Made by a program: the position numbers and the translations under genes. The notes below the pieces were generated by a model. That model searched no databases, had not been told where the DNA came from, and worked only from the letters and a program-made list of their open reading frames with translations. A DNA stretch of 64,000 nt from Octopus vulgaris (taxonomy: Eukaryota). The stretch covers positions 42,408,001 to 42,472,000 of the forward strand of contig OX597822.1 in NCBI GenBank assembly GCA_951406725.2, given 5' to 3'. This document shows, one piece after another, positions 36,246 to 50,470 of this stretch. Within the stretch, counting starts at the first letter, position 1; each line of letters begins with the position of its first letter.

Positions 36246-36570
36246 GTAAGTAAAACTATATCATTTATTGAAATGTATACAAAACACTATAAGCTCTATT
36301 TTCAAAGTGTAATGTTTCTTTTTATTTTCTATATTTTACTTGTTTCAGCCATTAGACAAGCTGGGGCACCACCTTGAATTTTTTAGTTGAATGAATTAAC
36401 CCCAGCACTTACCTTTTGTTTTTTTAGCTTGGGACTTGTTCTGTTAGTCTCTTTTGTTGAACTGCTAGGTTACAAGGTTGCACGCCACCGTTGGCCAAGC
36501 AGTAGTGGGGTATAAACACTGACACAAAGACACAGATATTCATATCTCTTTCTCTCTCTCTCTCTCTCTC

Positions 36571-36617
<47 letters not shown>

Positions 36618-37710
36618 TTGGAGCCTGGTGCAGTCATCTGGTTCGCCAGTCCTCAGTCAAATCGTCCAACCCATGCTAGCATGGAAAGCAGACATTAAAT
36701 GATGATGATATACATATGTATAATATATATATTATACATATATATATTTGCTGTGCTTGAGAAGAAGAGTCATCAAGTCAAGTGAAATTGTAGTTATGGC
36801 AGATACTGGTGTTACATAACTGGTACTGGTACCGGTGGCACGTAAAAGCACCCATTACACTCTCGGAATGATTGGTGTTGGGAAGGGCATCCAGCCGTAG
36901 AAAGCATGCCAAATCAGACTGGAGTCTGGTGCAGACCCTCAGCTTAGCAGCACTGATCAAATTGTCCAACTCATGCTAGCATGGACAATGGATGTTAAAT
37001 GATGATGATGTAGTGATAGTGTTCCTGCTGCTTAAAGTACTTGTACCCCACTCCCATGGGGGCAATAACAGAATATCAACTGTTGACTAGATTGATTCAG
37101 TAATGTGTTAAGAATACAATAATAATGTTTTCAAATTTTTGTACAAGGCCAGCAATTTTGTGGAAGGGGATAAGTCAATTATCATGACCCCAGTGTTCAA
37201 CTGGTAGTTTTTTATTGACCCTGAAAGGATGAAAGACAAAGTCAACCTTGGCAGCATTTGAACTCAGAACATAAAAATGGATGAAATGCCGCTAAGCAAT
37301 TTTGTCTGACGTGATAACGATTCTGCCAGCTCACCGCCTTAATAATAATAATAAAAAGAAACAGAAAATTATTTAAGAATGATCTCTTGTTTACCTGCAA
37401 GTTTTGTAAAAGATTGTTTTTACTGGTACATTAAATGTTTAGAGGAACATTGTTGCTGTGAGAACAATAACTTGTCCTGTAAATAACTTCTTTTTTTTTT
37501 GCATAACTTTATTTGGTTTTGTAAACGAACAACTGAGTGTATTTATTTTAGTGGCTTACCAATGTATACAGTGAGTTTCTTTGCCCTAGGCATTGGGAAG
37601 ACACTCGACAAGAAACAGAAACAAAACTGAAAGAAGAATAACTACTACCAGAACTATTACTAATAATATAATAATAAATCCATACTTTATTTATTTTGTT
37701 GTACTTGCAG

Positions 37711-37826
37711 TGTTTAAAATAATCCTGGGAACAATTGATAATGCTGACACGGCAGATGTTGAGTGGGTTTACAAGCCTTACATGAGGACAACAGCTAAAA
37801 GAACATTTTTAGCTGAGCAAACTTGA
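37711..37826 (+). CDS. IMP4: IMP4 coding exon 9 (last)
   Basis: ttgcag|; LFKIILGTIDNADTADVEWVYKPYMRTTAKRTFLAEQT*; spliced CDS totals 882 nt = 293 aa plus stop, all intron phases compatible. Confidence 0.95.
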
Positions 37827-37852
37827 ATTATTTTAATTTATATTGATTTGTA

Positions 37853-37858
37853 AATAAA
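37853..37858 (+). terminator. IMP4 polyadenylation signal AATAAA
   Basis: AATAAA 27 nt after the stop, followed by a GT/T-rich downstream element (tctgtgttgttttttt). Confidence 0.7.
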
Positions 37859-39559
37859 GATGTTCTATTTTAATTTCTGTGTTGTTTTTTTTAATCATTT
37901 GCACAAATAATTCATTGTGCAACTCTGAATTACATCACCTACTTCTAACTTATATTAGCAAGTCACCTTAACACATCTGTCTCCTAAATTACACCAGCTA
38001 CTGTCCTTACCTTGCAGCCAGTCCTCATCAACAAGTGTCTCCTTCACCCTCTCCAGTTACTGCCCCAACCCAATTTCAAGTGTTCCCTATTTTACTTTCA
38101 ATCTCCACTTTAGGATCCCAACTTTCACAGCCCAGTAGTAACAGTTTCCTTTTTTCCTAAGAATATGAAATAAGAATATTTTAATCCCCATCTGTGGGTA
38201 CCTTCTCTCTCCTAATCCCATCATTATCTCATTGCTGACACAATACTAAGTGTATCCTTAAATATTAGATCACTCCTAGAGTTTTCATGACAGTCTTACC
38301 ATATCACGGTCAGGTGAGGAGTGTGTTGTTAGTATATTTCTGTCAGCTCCAGTCTTGACAGAAATAAAGCCTGTTATTATTGAGTCTGTTGACAATAAAT
38401 ATATCAAACTCATAGAAAAAATGTTTTGTGATAAACATTTCACTGCTGGATATTAACCAGATGCACAAAAATAGTATGTGGTTCAAAGTGGTTGGTTGAC
38501 TTACTAGAAATGGTGGCTTTTGAATAAGGATTGTACTTGATTATGTAGTTTTATATTCTTTTAAAAAACTGGGATTGGTTGGAATACTTTTCATCAGAAT
38601 TGAGCCAAGGCCGAATAACAAGAGAGCCTCTATCAAGTTAGCAAACATGCTAGAAATAGCAGCTGACTCATATTACAAATAAATTTTTAAAATTAGACAC
38701 ATTGCATAATGCAGTCCCAGATGCACTGCCTGGGTGTAATAGAATGACTGTGTAGTCACAACTCTTGATTCAATTGCTTGCCCCATCAGGGTTAATGTAT
38801 ACACACTCAAAAATATATAGAGAGAAGCATGGCTGTGTCATTAAGAAGTTTCATTAACAGCTACATGGTTTTGGGTTTAGTCCCACTACATAGCACTTTG
38901 GATGAGCATCTTCTACTGCAGCCCCAGGCCAGCCAAAACTTTGAGTGGATTTGGTGGATGGAAATTGAAAGAGTAGGTTCTGAATGAAGTATGTATAAAC
39001 AATTGCAAATTGGAAGAAATTGTATTGAAAACGCTTCACCCCTTTTCATTTGATTTCCAAAAATTTCTTCAAAATCCGATGTTTTCAACAACAGAGAGTA
39101 TGATTTTGATCCCAAAACAGCTTTTCGACATTTCAAATATCCCTCCCATACACAATGGTTTTTTAAAATTTTTATTTATTTTTTTTTTTAGCTATTTTCA
39201 AAAAATATGTTCAGAATGGTGAAATTATAATTCTGAAAAAGAAAGAATTTAATATTTTGAGTTTTGAAATTCTTCCTCCCTGTCCCAACTTTTGGAATAC
39301 TCACCTGACCCCCCCCCCCTATAATACTCCACACATATTTAAACTTAACTGCTTAGTTCTTCCACTTTGCAACTGTTTATACACACTCAAAACCTACTGC
39401 TTTATGTATTTATGTCTGTGTCTATCAGTCATTTCTAATGTTCTACAAAAACATGTCTGACCATTGAGAGAAACATTACTTTTCTTCAAAACAGATGAGT
39501 GTTGGCAACTGGAAGGGCATCCAGCCATACAAAATCTGCATCGACAAATATGAAATGGC

Positions 39560-39830
39560 AGCCACATATGACAAATGAATGCCTTTATGGAGGTCAGGCA
39601 AAGTTATCTGTGACTATCTGGTTGCTGTGTCCTACCCTGAACTGGAAGCATCCAAATTAGTCTTGTGGAATCCAGTTCATGGTGATGTAAGAAGAGGAAA
39701 ACATCGTTACATTTACATTGCTGTCTTGATTGCAGACACTGGCCTGGAAAGTATTCAGGATCTTGAGGCAGTGATGTTGGACTGAGAAGTGTGGCAGATG
39801 GACTCTGCTGCTGCAGCCCAGGTTGGAACC
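39560..39830 (+). mobile_element. Decayed LINE (RTE-like) ORF2 C-terminus
   Basis: ASKLVLWNPVHGDVRRGKHRYIYIAVLIADTGLESIQDLEAVMLD*EVW resembles the W.P..G...RGRP...DTG...M.DR..W end of RTE ORF2. Confidence 0.6.
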
Positions 39831-41335
39831 TGGCCATAAATAATGATGCTGGTTGAATCAGCAAAGCTGATGACAGAGAGTTTAATATGACTATTTGATA
39901 TGCTTGAAGTAACAGCCAAATCTCTGAAAAATAATTTTTTTCCCAACACTTTGATATTTTTTAATCAACTCCTTATCTGGTTGTTGGAATAGCAATACCC
40001 ACCACTTGTGAATGGATACCCATTGAACCAGCAGACAAAATGAAGGACATCTCAATGCAGTCACTCAACTCACTACAAACAACAACCAAAGTTATTTCTA
40101 AAATTTCACTTTTTTATATCATCCCCTCTTCTGGCTTTTGGAATAACAACCCCCACCACACACACACACACACGCAAAAATATGGAATGCTTCAGCATAG
40201 TTGTTCCCACTCTCCCATCCAACCACCACCAAAATATGTTGGACTGAGAAGTTTTTCTGCTTCACACCTCTTAATGAGAAGATGAAAAAGAGTTTGCATC
40301 CATGTACTTCTGCTTTCTTCATCACAGTGTTGGACAAGTTTTCAAATGTTTCAAATCATTTCTAAATACCAGCTCAAAAACACTGTTTAAGCCTTCAATC
40401 TCAAACAGTTATTTAAACTGTTTTAATACTACGTAAATAAATAGTATTTTTATAAACAAACCCAAACATTGAAACAGATAGTTAATTCTGGAACACCTTG
40501 TATGGTGTAGCATTTTTAGTTGTTTCATTGCTTGAGTAAATATTAAACTCAAAGGTCTTCTCGCTGTAAACATCCTATCTTTTTGTTAAGCAAATTGTAT
40601 TAAGGAGTATCTTATCCAAAATGTATCACTCCTTTATAGGCGTGGCTGTGTGAACCATGTCGCCTTGGGTTCAGTCCCACTGTGTGGCACGTTGGGCAAT
40701 TCTCTTTCATTACAGCTTCATGCCGATGAAAGCCTTGTGTATTATATAATTACCATTACTGTATTGATATATAAAATAACGCATACAACTCATTTATTGT
40801 TGTCATATAATAAACAAACAGAAGTTCGTGTATAAAATTGATCTTTTTCTACTTCAATTATTACATGTTTACTTTTATAAAATACACACATGCAGGAAGA
40901 GTAAATCTCTCTATATATAATAACACTTTGAATGTGGCTCTCGAGAAAGAGTAAAAGTAATTACCCAATCAATGACAGGTATTACTGCTTGTATCATGTG
41001 TCTGTGTGTCTATCTGTGTATACATGCATGTGTGTGTGTGTATACACATGTATGTATATATATACATATCACGTGACCGACCAGTCCATCAGATGTAGTT
41101 ACACATCGCTGGTCACAATGCGTTCGCATTGTTTTAGCCTTCGAATGATACCACCCCGCTGGCTAAGCGAGCAGGCCAACAGAAGAAAGAGTACAGCAGG
41201 GATCACCCCTGCCGGAGCCTCATGGAGCCTTTAGGTGTTTTCACTCAATAAATACTCACAACGCCCGGCCTGGGAATCGAAACCGCGATCCTACGACCGC
41301 GAGTCTGCTGCCCTAACCACTGGGCCGTTGCACCT

Positions 41336-41376
<41 letters not shown>

Positions 41377-41388
41377 TGCATATATATG

Positions 41389-41453
<65 letters not shown>

Positions 41454-41459
<6 letters not shown>

Positions 41460-41888
41460 AGAAAATGGAGAAATACATCGAAATCAAATATCAATTAGCA
41501 GATAATACTCAATCACATACTTTATTAAACCACTACATAAGAAACTATAAGGTTAAACATAATAATGCAGGGTAAAGCAGTGTACATGAAATAGTAATGT
41601 TATACAATAAGTAGAATACATATAATAGAACATAAATATAAATATAAATATTAGAACATAAATATAAGTACACATAAATATAAATATTATATTTATGTTC
41701 TATTATACGTATTCTACTTATTGTATAACATTACTATTTCATGTACACTCCTTCATGCACACTGCTTTACCCTGCATTATTATGTTTAACCTTATAGTTT
41801 CTTATGTAGTGGTTTAATAAAGTATGTGGTTGAGTATTATCTGGTAATTGATATTTGATTTCGATGTATTTCTCCATTTTCTTATTTT
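41454..41888. repeat. Long inverted repeat (fold-back), arms about 190 bp
   Basis: aaaataagaaaatggagaaatacatcgaaatc... vs ...gatttcgatgtatttctccattttcttatttt. Confidence 0.92.
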
Positions 41889-43254
41889 GTATTATGAATT
41901 TGTGGTAAAACATTTTACCTTTGCCCATATAATACAATAAATGAATTAATTGTATCGCAGTTCTTAACATTTATGTATTAACTTTGTTGGGTACCTCACT
42001 AGCAGTATATTGGATATATGGTATCCCATAGTGGGTTGCATTTACAACCCCTATCTCAATTTGTATATATATATATATATATATATAGTAGCAGCTAAGC
42101 CCGGTTTCACCTGGTCTGTTTGGATGATGTGGTTGTGATCGTTTTCGGTTAGGCATAATCTATAACACCATTTCTCAACCTTACCATTTTGGGTCCCCTG
42201 TTTTGATTGGAGCCTCCAGCTGTATGACAATTTCCTGACTCCCCACCCCTTGTCAGAAAACTGCTTCAAGAGTTGTGAAGAATGGATTTGTACGTAGTCT
42301 GTTTCTGAGAGCTATTCTATTGGACCTCTTTGTAATCATTAAAATATTGGGTGCTCTTTTGATATGGGAACACACGACTGTCACTTACAAACCACTTATA
42401 AACCACATGTGTTTATTTACATTTTTGAAGATGATCGTCGGTTTCCATAAAAAATTTTTATTTTATTTAATATGGGGTTGTGGGAGAAGGGGATCTTTTG
42501 AAGTCAGTGTGAAAGCGAAAGAAACAGAGAGGGAACACAATTGTATGAGTGAAGTTCTTTTGAAGTTGATGTGAAGCGGAAGAATTGATGTGTGTGCGTG
42601 CATGTTTGTGTGTGTGTGTGTTTGATGGGGTGTGCAAGACAATGTGTGGTGTGTATGCGAATTGCTTTTGTTAGTGTGTGTGAAGAGACAGAGAGAGTAA
42701 TGTTGCTGGTTTATGTATATGTGAGAGAGAGAGAGATAACTGAAATTTTTTATTCACTTTTTGTTGTGAGTGATTGACAGAGAAAAAGCGAGAGAGAGAG
42801 AGAGAGAGAGGTTATGTATGTATGAATGGCTTCAGTGACACACACACACACACACGCAGGTTGTTATGTATGTATCTATGTATGGCCAAGAGAGAGTTAA
42901 CTGAAATTTTTTTATTCCCTTTTTGTAGTGAATGAATGTGTGAGTGACTGACAGAGAAAAAGGGAGAAAGGTTATGTATGTATGAATGACTTTGGCTGAC
43001 TGTCATCCTGTACTCCCCTTGTTGCTAGCGAAATGGTATATGCCAGGTGTGTGAGCAACTGATTGTTTTAATGGCAGAACACAGGGTAATTCCATTAGTA
43101 AAAGTTTTAATCGATTTTCTTGGTAAGTATGGGGACTAGGAAAAAAATATAAAATATAAAATATATTTTTCACGCAACACCACCCAGCCGTTTGGCTGTG
43201 AACCTCAAGACAAGAAAGAATACAACGATCACCCATGTCTAATTTATATTATAG

Positions 43255-43291
<37 letters not shown>

Positions 43292-43454
43292 GCAAAATTA
43301 AGAATAAAACACTTAAATAATTTTATCAAGTGGCCAGCGTGAAATAAAAACCTTGTAGGTAACAATTTATCTGCACCCTTTAATATAATTATATTGTATA
43401 ATTATAAATTCCTATATATATATATACACACACACACATACACACATACATATA

Positions 43455-44344
43455 CAGGGTGTGATGGGTAAATTGTCGCAATATCATATTTTTAATTATA
43501 TGCTTGTGAATTGTTGGTTTTTGATTTTGTCAACTACACAGTATAGTAGGGTTAGTTGGGCACCATCTGTGAGAAAAACAGCACCATGATGCAATTCACT
43601 CTGCCAGAAATTTGGAAACAACATGCTGTACTGTTTAGCATTTGCTCCAGAAGCTCCAATACAAACATATCAGAGTGTTTGGGTGTCAATCTGAGGACAG
43701 TGCAATATGAGGACATATACTGAGAGAGATAAAAATCAAACATCTAGTCAACATCATGGTGTCTGGAGTGATCAGTAGTGATGGTGACATTATGCCTCCA
43801 TTTATCTTTCTACACAACCTCAGACTCAATATGGAGGCTTACATCAAGTGCCTGGAGGAGGTAGTGCTGCCCTGGGTCAAGAGGGTGGCTGCTGGAAGAC
43901 CCTATGTCTGGCAACAGGACTCTGCACCATACCACACAAGCACAAGAACCCAGTCATGGCTGCCAAATAATTTCTGTGACCACATTACCCCAAACATCTG
44001 GCTACCTATCTCCCCAAACTGCAACCCTCTTGATTATTATGTGTGGGGGCACAGTTGAGCGAGAGACCAACAAACCTCCTTGTGACAACCAAGATGAACT
44101 GAAGGCAAGGATAATTGCAGCATTCACCAACTTAAACAAGGAAACCATCTGGAAGAGTTGTGGGAGATTCCAAAGTTGTCTGGAGGCCGTGGTTGAGGCC
44201 AATGGCGATTTTATTGAATAAATTTACTGTTTAGTATTTCAAGATATTTTTATGTAATTTTGGTAAATGTAACTGTTAAAATGAGATATCAGTGTTATTA
44301 TCAATTTTGCATAATACAGACGACAGTATATTCACTGCACCCTA
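43455..44344 (+). mobile_element. maT/DD37D (Tc1-mariner superfamily) transposon remnant
   Basis: VWQQDSAPYH...SPNCNPLDYYVWG with 37 residues between the two aspartates; degenerate TIRs CAGGGTG...; TA flanks. Confidence 0.85.
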
Positions 44345-44458
44345 TATATATATTCCTACATATGTATGTACATATACATATGTATAAACATGTATATACA
44401 TACATACTTATATATATGTGTGGTGGGGGGTGTATATATATACCCCCACACATATATT

Positions 44459-46115
44459 CAGGGTTAGGCAAAACAATGGAAACACCACTTTTATTAAACT
44501 CTATTTTCCTATTAGCAATATTTCAAAAGAAAAACAACAGTTCTAGTCAGTAGATACACATTCATATGCATAATGTGTGCCTTGTTGTTTATTATATAAG
44601 CCTCTGTTTTTCTCTATTGGCAGTAATTTATATTTAAATAGGTTAAAATGCATAACCTATATGATTTCCACACACAACAAGTTGTTGGTGCACGGTTGGC
44701 TGGAATTTCAGTCACTAAAACTGGTTTAATTTTTCAAGAGTTATTTCTCTATATATATAAAGCTGAAGTTGTCTGTGTATGGCAGGTTTGGTAGCCTTCA
44801 ACTAACACTATCTCTTTCGAGACCCTGCAGCACAAGTTGACCAAAATTGAGAGTATGATACAAGAAGGCTTGCTCTTCCTTCTGTAGAAGAAAAAAATTC
44901 AAATCAGACCATGTTAACACCAAAAATTATTTACATCAAAAAGGAGCTTTTTTTCTACGAAAATCCCTATTTTTTACGATTTTTTTTACTGCTGTGTCGC
45001 CATTTGTCGGTGTATTCCAACCAGAAAAATGTTCACTTAAAGAGCATAACAAGCTACATAAAGCAAAATTTTTACTTTTCAAAAATTACAATTCTAAAGG
45101 GTCGAAACAAACCCGAGCAACGGTGGGTGATACTGCTAGTAGTTTATAAAATCGTATTGACATTCCATAACCAAAGTAGAACAAGTTCTGGCAAGCATAA
45201 TTATAGATGGAAGGCAAAGGAACATAGAGAGGGTTTGTAGAATAAAGAAATGTACGGTGACTTAAAAACATTGGACTATGGTAGCACAAGCAGCAGTAGT
45301 ACTAGATCACTACTTTGCCACCATGTGGTCAAAGGATTTTGCAGCTCATGACATTTTGTCATGAGCTGCAAAAACCTGGATACCATGGGTGAGCTTCAAT
45401 TGCTAAACATCCCTTGTACCCACATCAACTTTATTAAACGGTAAAAATGGTGTCTAGATTGTTAGAAGTGGTCAATGCCTCGATGGAAGAATTTCATCTT
45501 CTCTAATAAATCATCATTTGCCTTTTCCTCTGCATTAAGTTGAGTTTATGTCTGGAGACAACCAAAAGAAGCCTTCAACCCCAATTATTTGACCCCTCTT
45601 TTGAAGCATGGAGGTAGCTCTGTGGTGATTTGGGTAGCCATATGGAATTCTTTTGGCAGTTCAGTTGTTTACCAGGCAGAGTTAACTCAATGGTTTATCT
45701 GAGTATTTTAGCTGATCATGTTTATTCTATGGTAAAAACACTGTTCTCTGATGGTAGTGCCATCTTCCATGATGGTAATGCATTAATTCACATAACTAAT
45801 GTTATTCAAAATTACTACAAGGAGCACAAAAATAAAGAAGACCACTTGGATTGGCCCCCCCACAATCACCAGATCTCAATATGATTGAATGTTTATGGCA
45901 CATTTTGGAGTAGCAAATGAAGAGCTGCTTCCTATCACCATTGTCAGGGAAAGACCTAAATGAGGTTTTACTTGAAGAATGGCTTAAAATTCCCCTGACA
46001 ACCATTCAGAACCTGTACAGTGCAATTTCTCAGTGTATTAAAGTGAGGAGCAACTCTGTGTTAAATAATAAAACTAATATTTAACAAGTGTTTCCATTAT
46101 TTTGTCCAACCCCAG
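44459..46115 (+). mobile_element. Tc1-type (DD34E-like) transposon remnant
   Basis: TIRs CAGGGTTAGGCAAAACAATGGAAACAC / GTGTTTCCATTATTTTGTCCAACCCCAG; fragments KHGGSSVVIW, IFHDGNALIH, LDWPP, SPDLNMIECLW. Confidence 0.85.
44746..45139 (+). mobile_element. Non-autonomous Helitron nested in the Tc1 remnant
   Basis: TC(TA)n 5' end; 3' acaaacccgagcaacggtgggtgatactgCTAG|T, nearly identical to the end at 13907-13939. Confidence 0.8.
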
Positions 46116-47168
46116 TATATATCATCATCATCATCATCATCATTGTCGTCGTCATTTATTGTCTGTTTTCCATGCTGACATGAACTGGCAAACTGCAGTT
46201 CTGCACCATGATCTGATGTCAGCTTTGGTATGTTTTCTATGGTCAGATGCACTTCACAATGCCAACCACCTTGCTATGTATACTGATTGCTTTTTTTGTG
46301 TGTTACCAGCACAAGAGAGATTACCAGGTAAATTTGAGTTCCCAAAAAGAAGAGACCCACAAAATGTCAAGACAAGAACACACACACACACACACACACA
46401 CACGTGATGAGTTCTTTCAGTATCCATTTACCAAATCTACTCATAAGGCTTTGGTTAGTTTGGAGCAATAGTCAAAGACACTCACCCATGATTTTACATA
46501 AAAACTAAACAAGAAATTCTCAAATAACAATGTTCACAAGTTACTAAAAAACCTTTCCAAAGTAGGTAACTGAAGAGATATAATGCTACATTCATATATC
46601 TTGCAGTAGTTCTGATTTTCATTTTCTTTTCTATTGTCAGTCATCCTATTATAAATTTGTGATGTTTCTGTCTGTTATGTTTTTATGTTCATTAACTCCT
46701 CCTAGACCATCGGTGCAAGGACAATGGAACTCAAACCAGCAACTCCCCTAATCCTAGGGAATGTCCTAAGAGGCTCTATTTTTTAAGGAACACCTAATTG
46801 AGGCCCCACTATTTTTACTGTAGTTTAAACTAAACACACGGCATTGGCGACCAAATCAGAGCAATGATAATGAATTCCATACCATGAACTTCCAAGGAGT
46901 ATTGTAAGGATGTTCAATTTCTCAAGGGCCGCTTAAATGGGGCCCCACTGAGCCCCTATTTTTACTGCATTTAACTCACTCCTATGCTTATTGATTAAAC
47001 TATGATCAGTATCAGTGCTTAGCACATTTGCAGAAATAAGTTTGGGCATTCTAAATACGTTCACGTACATTCAAAATTGAGATAAAGAGTTGTAACATGT
47101 ACGTTTCAAGTGTGGTAGTGTGGATATTTATATTTTGTAGTTTATGAAACTTATGTCTAGTATTGATA

Positions 47169-47622
47169 TGTAACAGGATGAAAGGTCTGTAACACTTGAG
47201 GGGGTTCAGGTCTCATCCCATACATTGAATTATTCATCGAAGTAAAAGCCAAGACTTCAAATATCTTCAAACAGCATAAATATTTTATTTTTCTGGATTC
47301 GCAATAACATATATATATATATATATATATTCCCTTCAGGGCAAACCGGTAGCCATGAAGCTAGTCACTGTAGTTATGTGGTGTGAACCAAATCCTATTT
47401 CGTCCCAGCATAGTGTAACTTCGTCACGTGGTGGCAGTTTGGGATAGTTGTGAGAACGCGTCTGTTCAATTAGGCTGTCAGCTTCGAGAGAGAATTCGAT
47501 ACACAGGAAGTTTTGCTACTGCTAGTTCTCTGCGCATACACATGAGGGAACCTCCGGCAGGCCTCCCGGAAGAATCCAACTCTGCACATGTGCACTGAAG
47601 ACTTCCAAAGTGGTGTCACTAC
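47169..47622. mobile_element. Possible solo LTR
   Basis: TGTAACA...CACTACA termini, flanks gata/aata (imperfect TSD), GC-richer block; weak. Confidence 0.3.
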
Positions 47623-48644
47623 AAATATATTTTCATGTTTTATTTATGACCAACAGGATACATACACTGATGTCCATAGAGACTATAGTCATTGTATAAA
47701 AAAAATGAGAGACTTTAGTAGGTCTATGATACAATTGAAGTATTTGCTGCATTAACTAGCCAAATAGCTACTGGATGAGGTAATTATAAAAGTGAAATAA
47801 TATATTTTGTTATTACCATATAACAAAGCAAGAAGATAGTTCTGAAAAGTATGTGATTCAGGAAAAGTGTATTTATAGGGATATAACTCTCGGAGTTATG
47901 TCTACACTCTCGGAATGGTTGGCATTAGGAAGGGCATCCAGCTGTAGAAACACTGCCAGATCAGACTGGTGCCTGGTGCAGCCTTCTGGCTTCCCAGATC
48001 CCCAGTCGAACCATCCAACCCATGCTAGCATGGAGAACGGACGTTAAATGATGATGATGATGATAACATTGAAACAGTTTTTCTCAGTAGCAATAATTAG
48101 ATTGAGGCAAAATGCTACTGAGTAGCTGTAGGGTTATCAGGGATAGTTTCAGAGATGTATAAAGGACCAAACTGTAAGTTATGTTGGAAGGAATGGCAGT
48201 CATCATCATAAAATGCAATACAAGTAAAAGAGATACAGTTGAGAGGGAGAATTATTGAGGTTTACCTCAATCTGATAAAAAATTACTTGAAATATTTTCA
48301 CAATGACTATGATTAGCATTACATCATGTCTCATGTGACCATCACTAGCTAAAATATCACAGAGAGATTACTCAGTGTCTCATGGTATTTTTTATCTATA
48401 ATTAGGTAATTTTTATCTTTAATTCATTGATACATGTCTCTTTCAGTAACTTCTAGTCACCTGAGACACTCCTTATTTGATTATTTCTCTCAATGACACG
48501 ATGACAAACACCACGTGCACACACACACACACACTATTGGCCTTGAAATAACCATTTGCTGTGTTGTCGCTCCACATAATGATTTCAAACAGGTAGGGTG
48601 AAAATAACAAGACATCAGAAGTTACTCATTGTGTGCCCCTGCCC

Positions 48645-48698
<54 letters not shown>

Positions 48699-49209
48699 CA
48701 AGTAGAAAATGGAGAAATCTTGATCAACAACAAGTGACTACCATTGATTATCATTTCTTAATACAAAACTTTTGTATTATATATGAAAGGATGAAAGGAA
48801 AAGTCGACCTCAGTATAATTTGAACTCGGAACGTTAAGACAAAATACTACTAATCATTTTGCCCAGCATGCTACACACTTTTTTATATCATTAAACCATA
48901 ACAAATACCAAAGTAATTGGTGGAGATAAAGGACATGGGCTGCACCACCCTTGTGCTTTTGTTTTTTTCTACAGAAACCCACCTTTTCGACCTCAGAGAT
49001 TCCAAATCTGCAAAAAAAATAAGTGGCATTTCAAAAATATATTTATTTACATATCACATATTATTTCATCAAATCACATATTTAAGTGTTTTCAAGTACT
49101 ACTGTAGTTTCATCAGAAATGTCAGTTTACAGAGTTTTGCCTGCTTTTATATTACAGGTAAATGAAGTGGGGAGAGATAGAGAGATTTGCGGGTAATTAT
49201 ATTACTCCC

Positions 49210-49344
49210 CTGCCCACAGTCATGCCAATGACGGCCTGATCTGAGCAGATCAGGCCGTCATTGGCGTGGATGTCCATTGCTGCCCACAGTCATGCCAATG
49301 ACGGCCTGATCTGAGCAGATCAGGCTGTCATTGGCGTGGATGTC
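49210..49344. repeat. Two tandem 70-bp units, each containing a long hairpin
   Basis: GCCAATGACGGCCTGATCTG-AG-CAGATCAGGCCGTCATTGGC at 49224-49265, repeated with one substitution at 49294-49335. Confidence 0.92.
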
Positions 49345-50109
49345 TATTTGCAGCACAAAATAGATTCTAAGAACAGTTGTCAGGTAAATTTATAGATATT
49401 TCAGTAGTAGTAGTAGTAGTAGCAGCAGCAGCAAAATAATCTCAATTCATTCTTTTGGCAATATCTTCTTTATTTGATCTGCAATTCATTAAATATTATT
49501 CTAGGATATTATAAAAGATAAATAGTGGGGAGGGAGTAACATAGCTTTTACTACACTGTCATGACACTGTTACAACATTTACAAACCTGTTACTATACTG
49601 TCAGAATGAAACTACTTTAGGTTTCTTGTTTTATCAACAAGTTTACAATGGTCAAATAGCAACATCCTTGTTGTCATCCTCGTCATTGTCGTCATTTGAT
49701 GTCCATTTTCTCTGCTGGCAAAGATAGAATGATTTGACAGGATATAGCCAACCACAAGACTGTATAAGGCTCCAATGCTTGCTTTGGTATGGTTTCTCCA
49801 GTGAGATGTTCTTCCTTATATCATCCACTTTACAGTGTCCTGGGTACACTAGTGAGGTTGCCAAGACAGAAAAAGATTAGTGAGAGGGAAAGAGTAAAAC
49901 TTCCATACTAAATGAAGAGTATTTCAGAGGAGAAAGTGACTTGATAGAGGTGTCTTGCCATAGAGGAGATATATGGCTACCTCCTATTATATAAAGAGAT
50001 GAGTGGAAGCTGGTGAGAAGGAGATGAAAGGAAGGTAGTGCCAGAGAAATTATACTTTCAGAACATTCTCCTCTACTGCTAAATAGGTCACTATGACCTG
50101 TGGCAAAGT

Positions 50110-50470
50110 GGAGAGCAGTGATTTCATCATGACAATGTACCTGCACATACCTTCTTACTCCTCTTACCCACCCTCCCTATTCATCCAATCTTGCACTTTG
50201 CAAATTTTTTTTTGTTCCTCTGAATGAAAACAGTCCTTAATGGAAAACTTTTTGCAGATCTGGAAGAGATGGAGAAAACAATGATGGAAGTGTTAAAAGG
50301 CATCACTTCGTAAGGGTTCCAGGACTGCTTTGAACTGTGGAAAACACATGTGGACTGATGCATTGCTTCAAATGGAGAATACTTTGAAGGCAATAAAAGT
50401 GTAAATATGTAAAACTAAGTGAATAAAATAACATTACAAAATTCCAGGTTCTTTTGGGTGCCCCCTCATA
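50110..50470 (+). mobile_element. Mariner transposase 3' remnant with right TIR
   Basis: FHHDNVPAHT...GFQDCFELWKTHVD*CIASNGEYFEG then ttccaggttcttttgggtgccccctcaTA. Confidence 0.75.

Noticed and set aside
49210-49344. CRISPR-like array
   Set aside because: Only two units, the intervening sequence is repeated rather than unique, context is eukaryotic and there are no cas genes.
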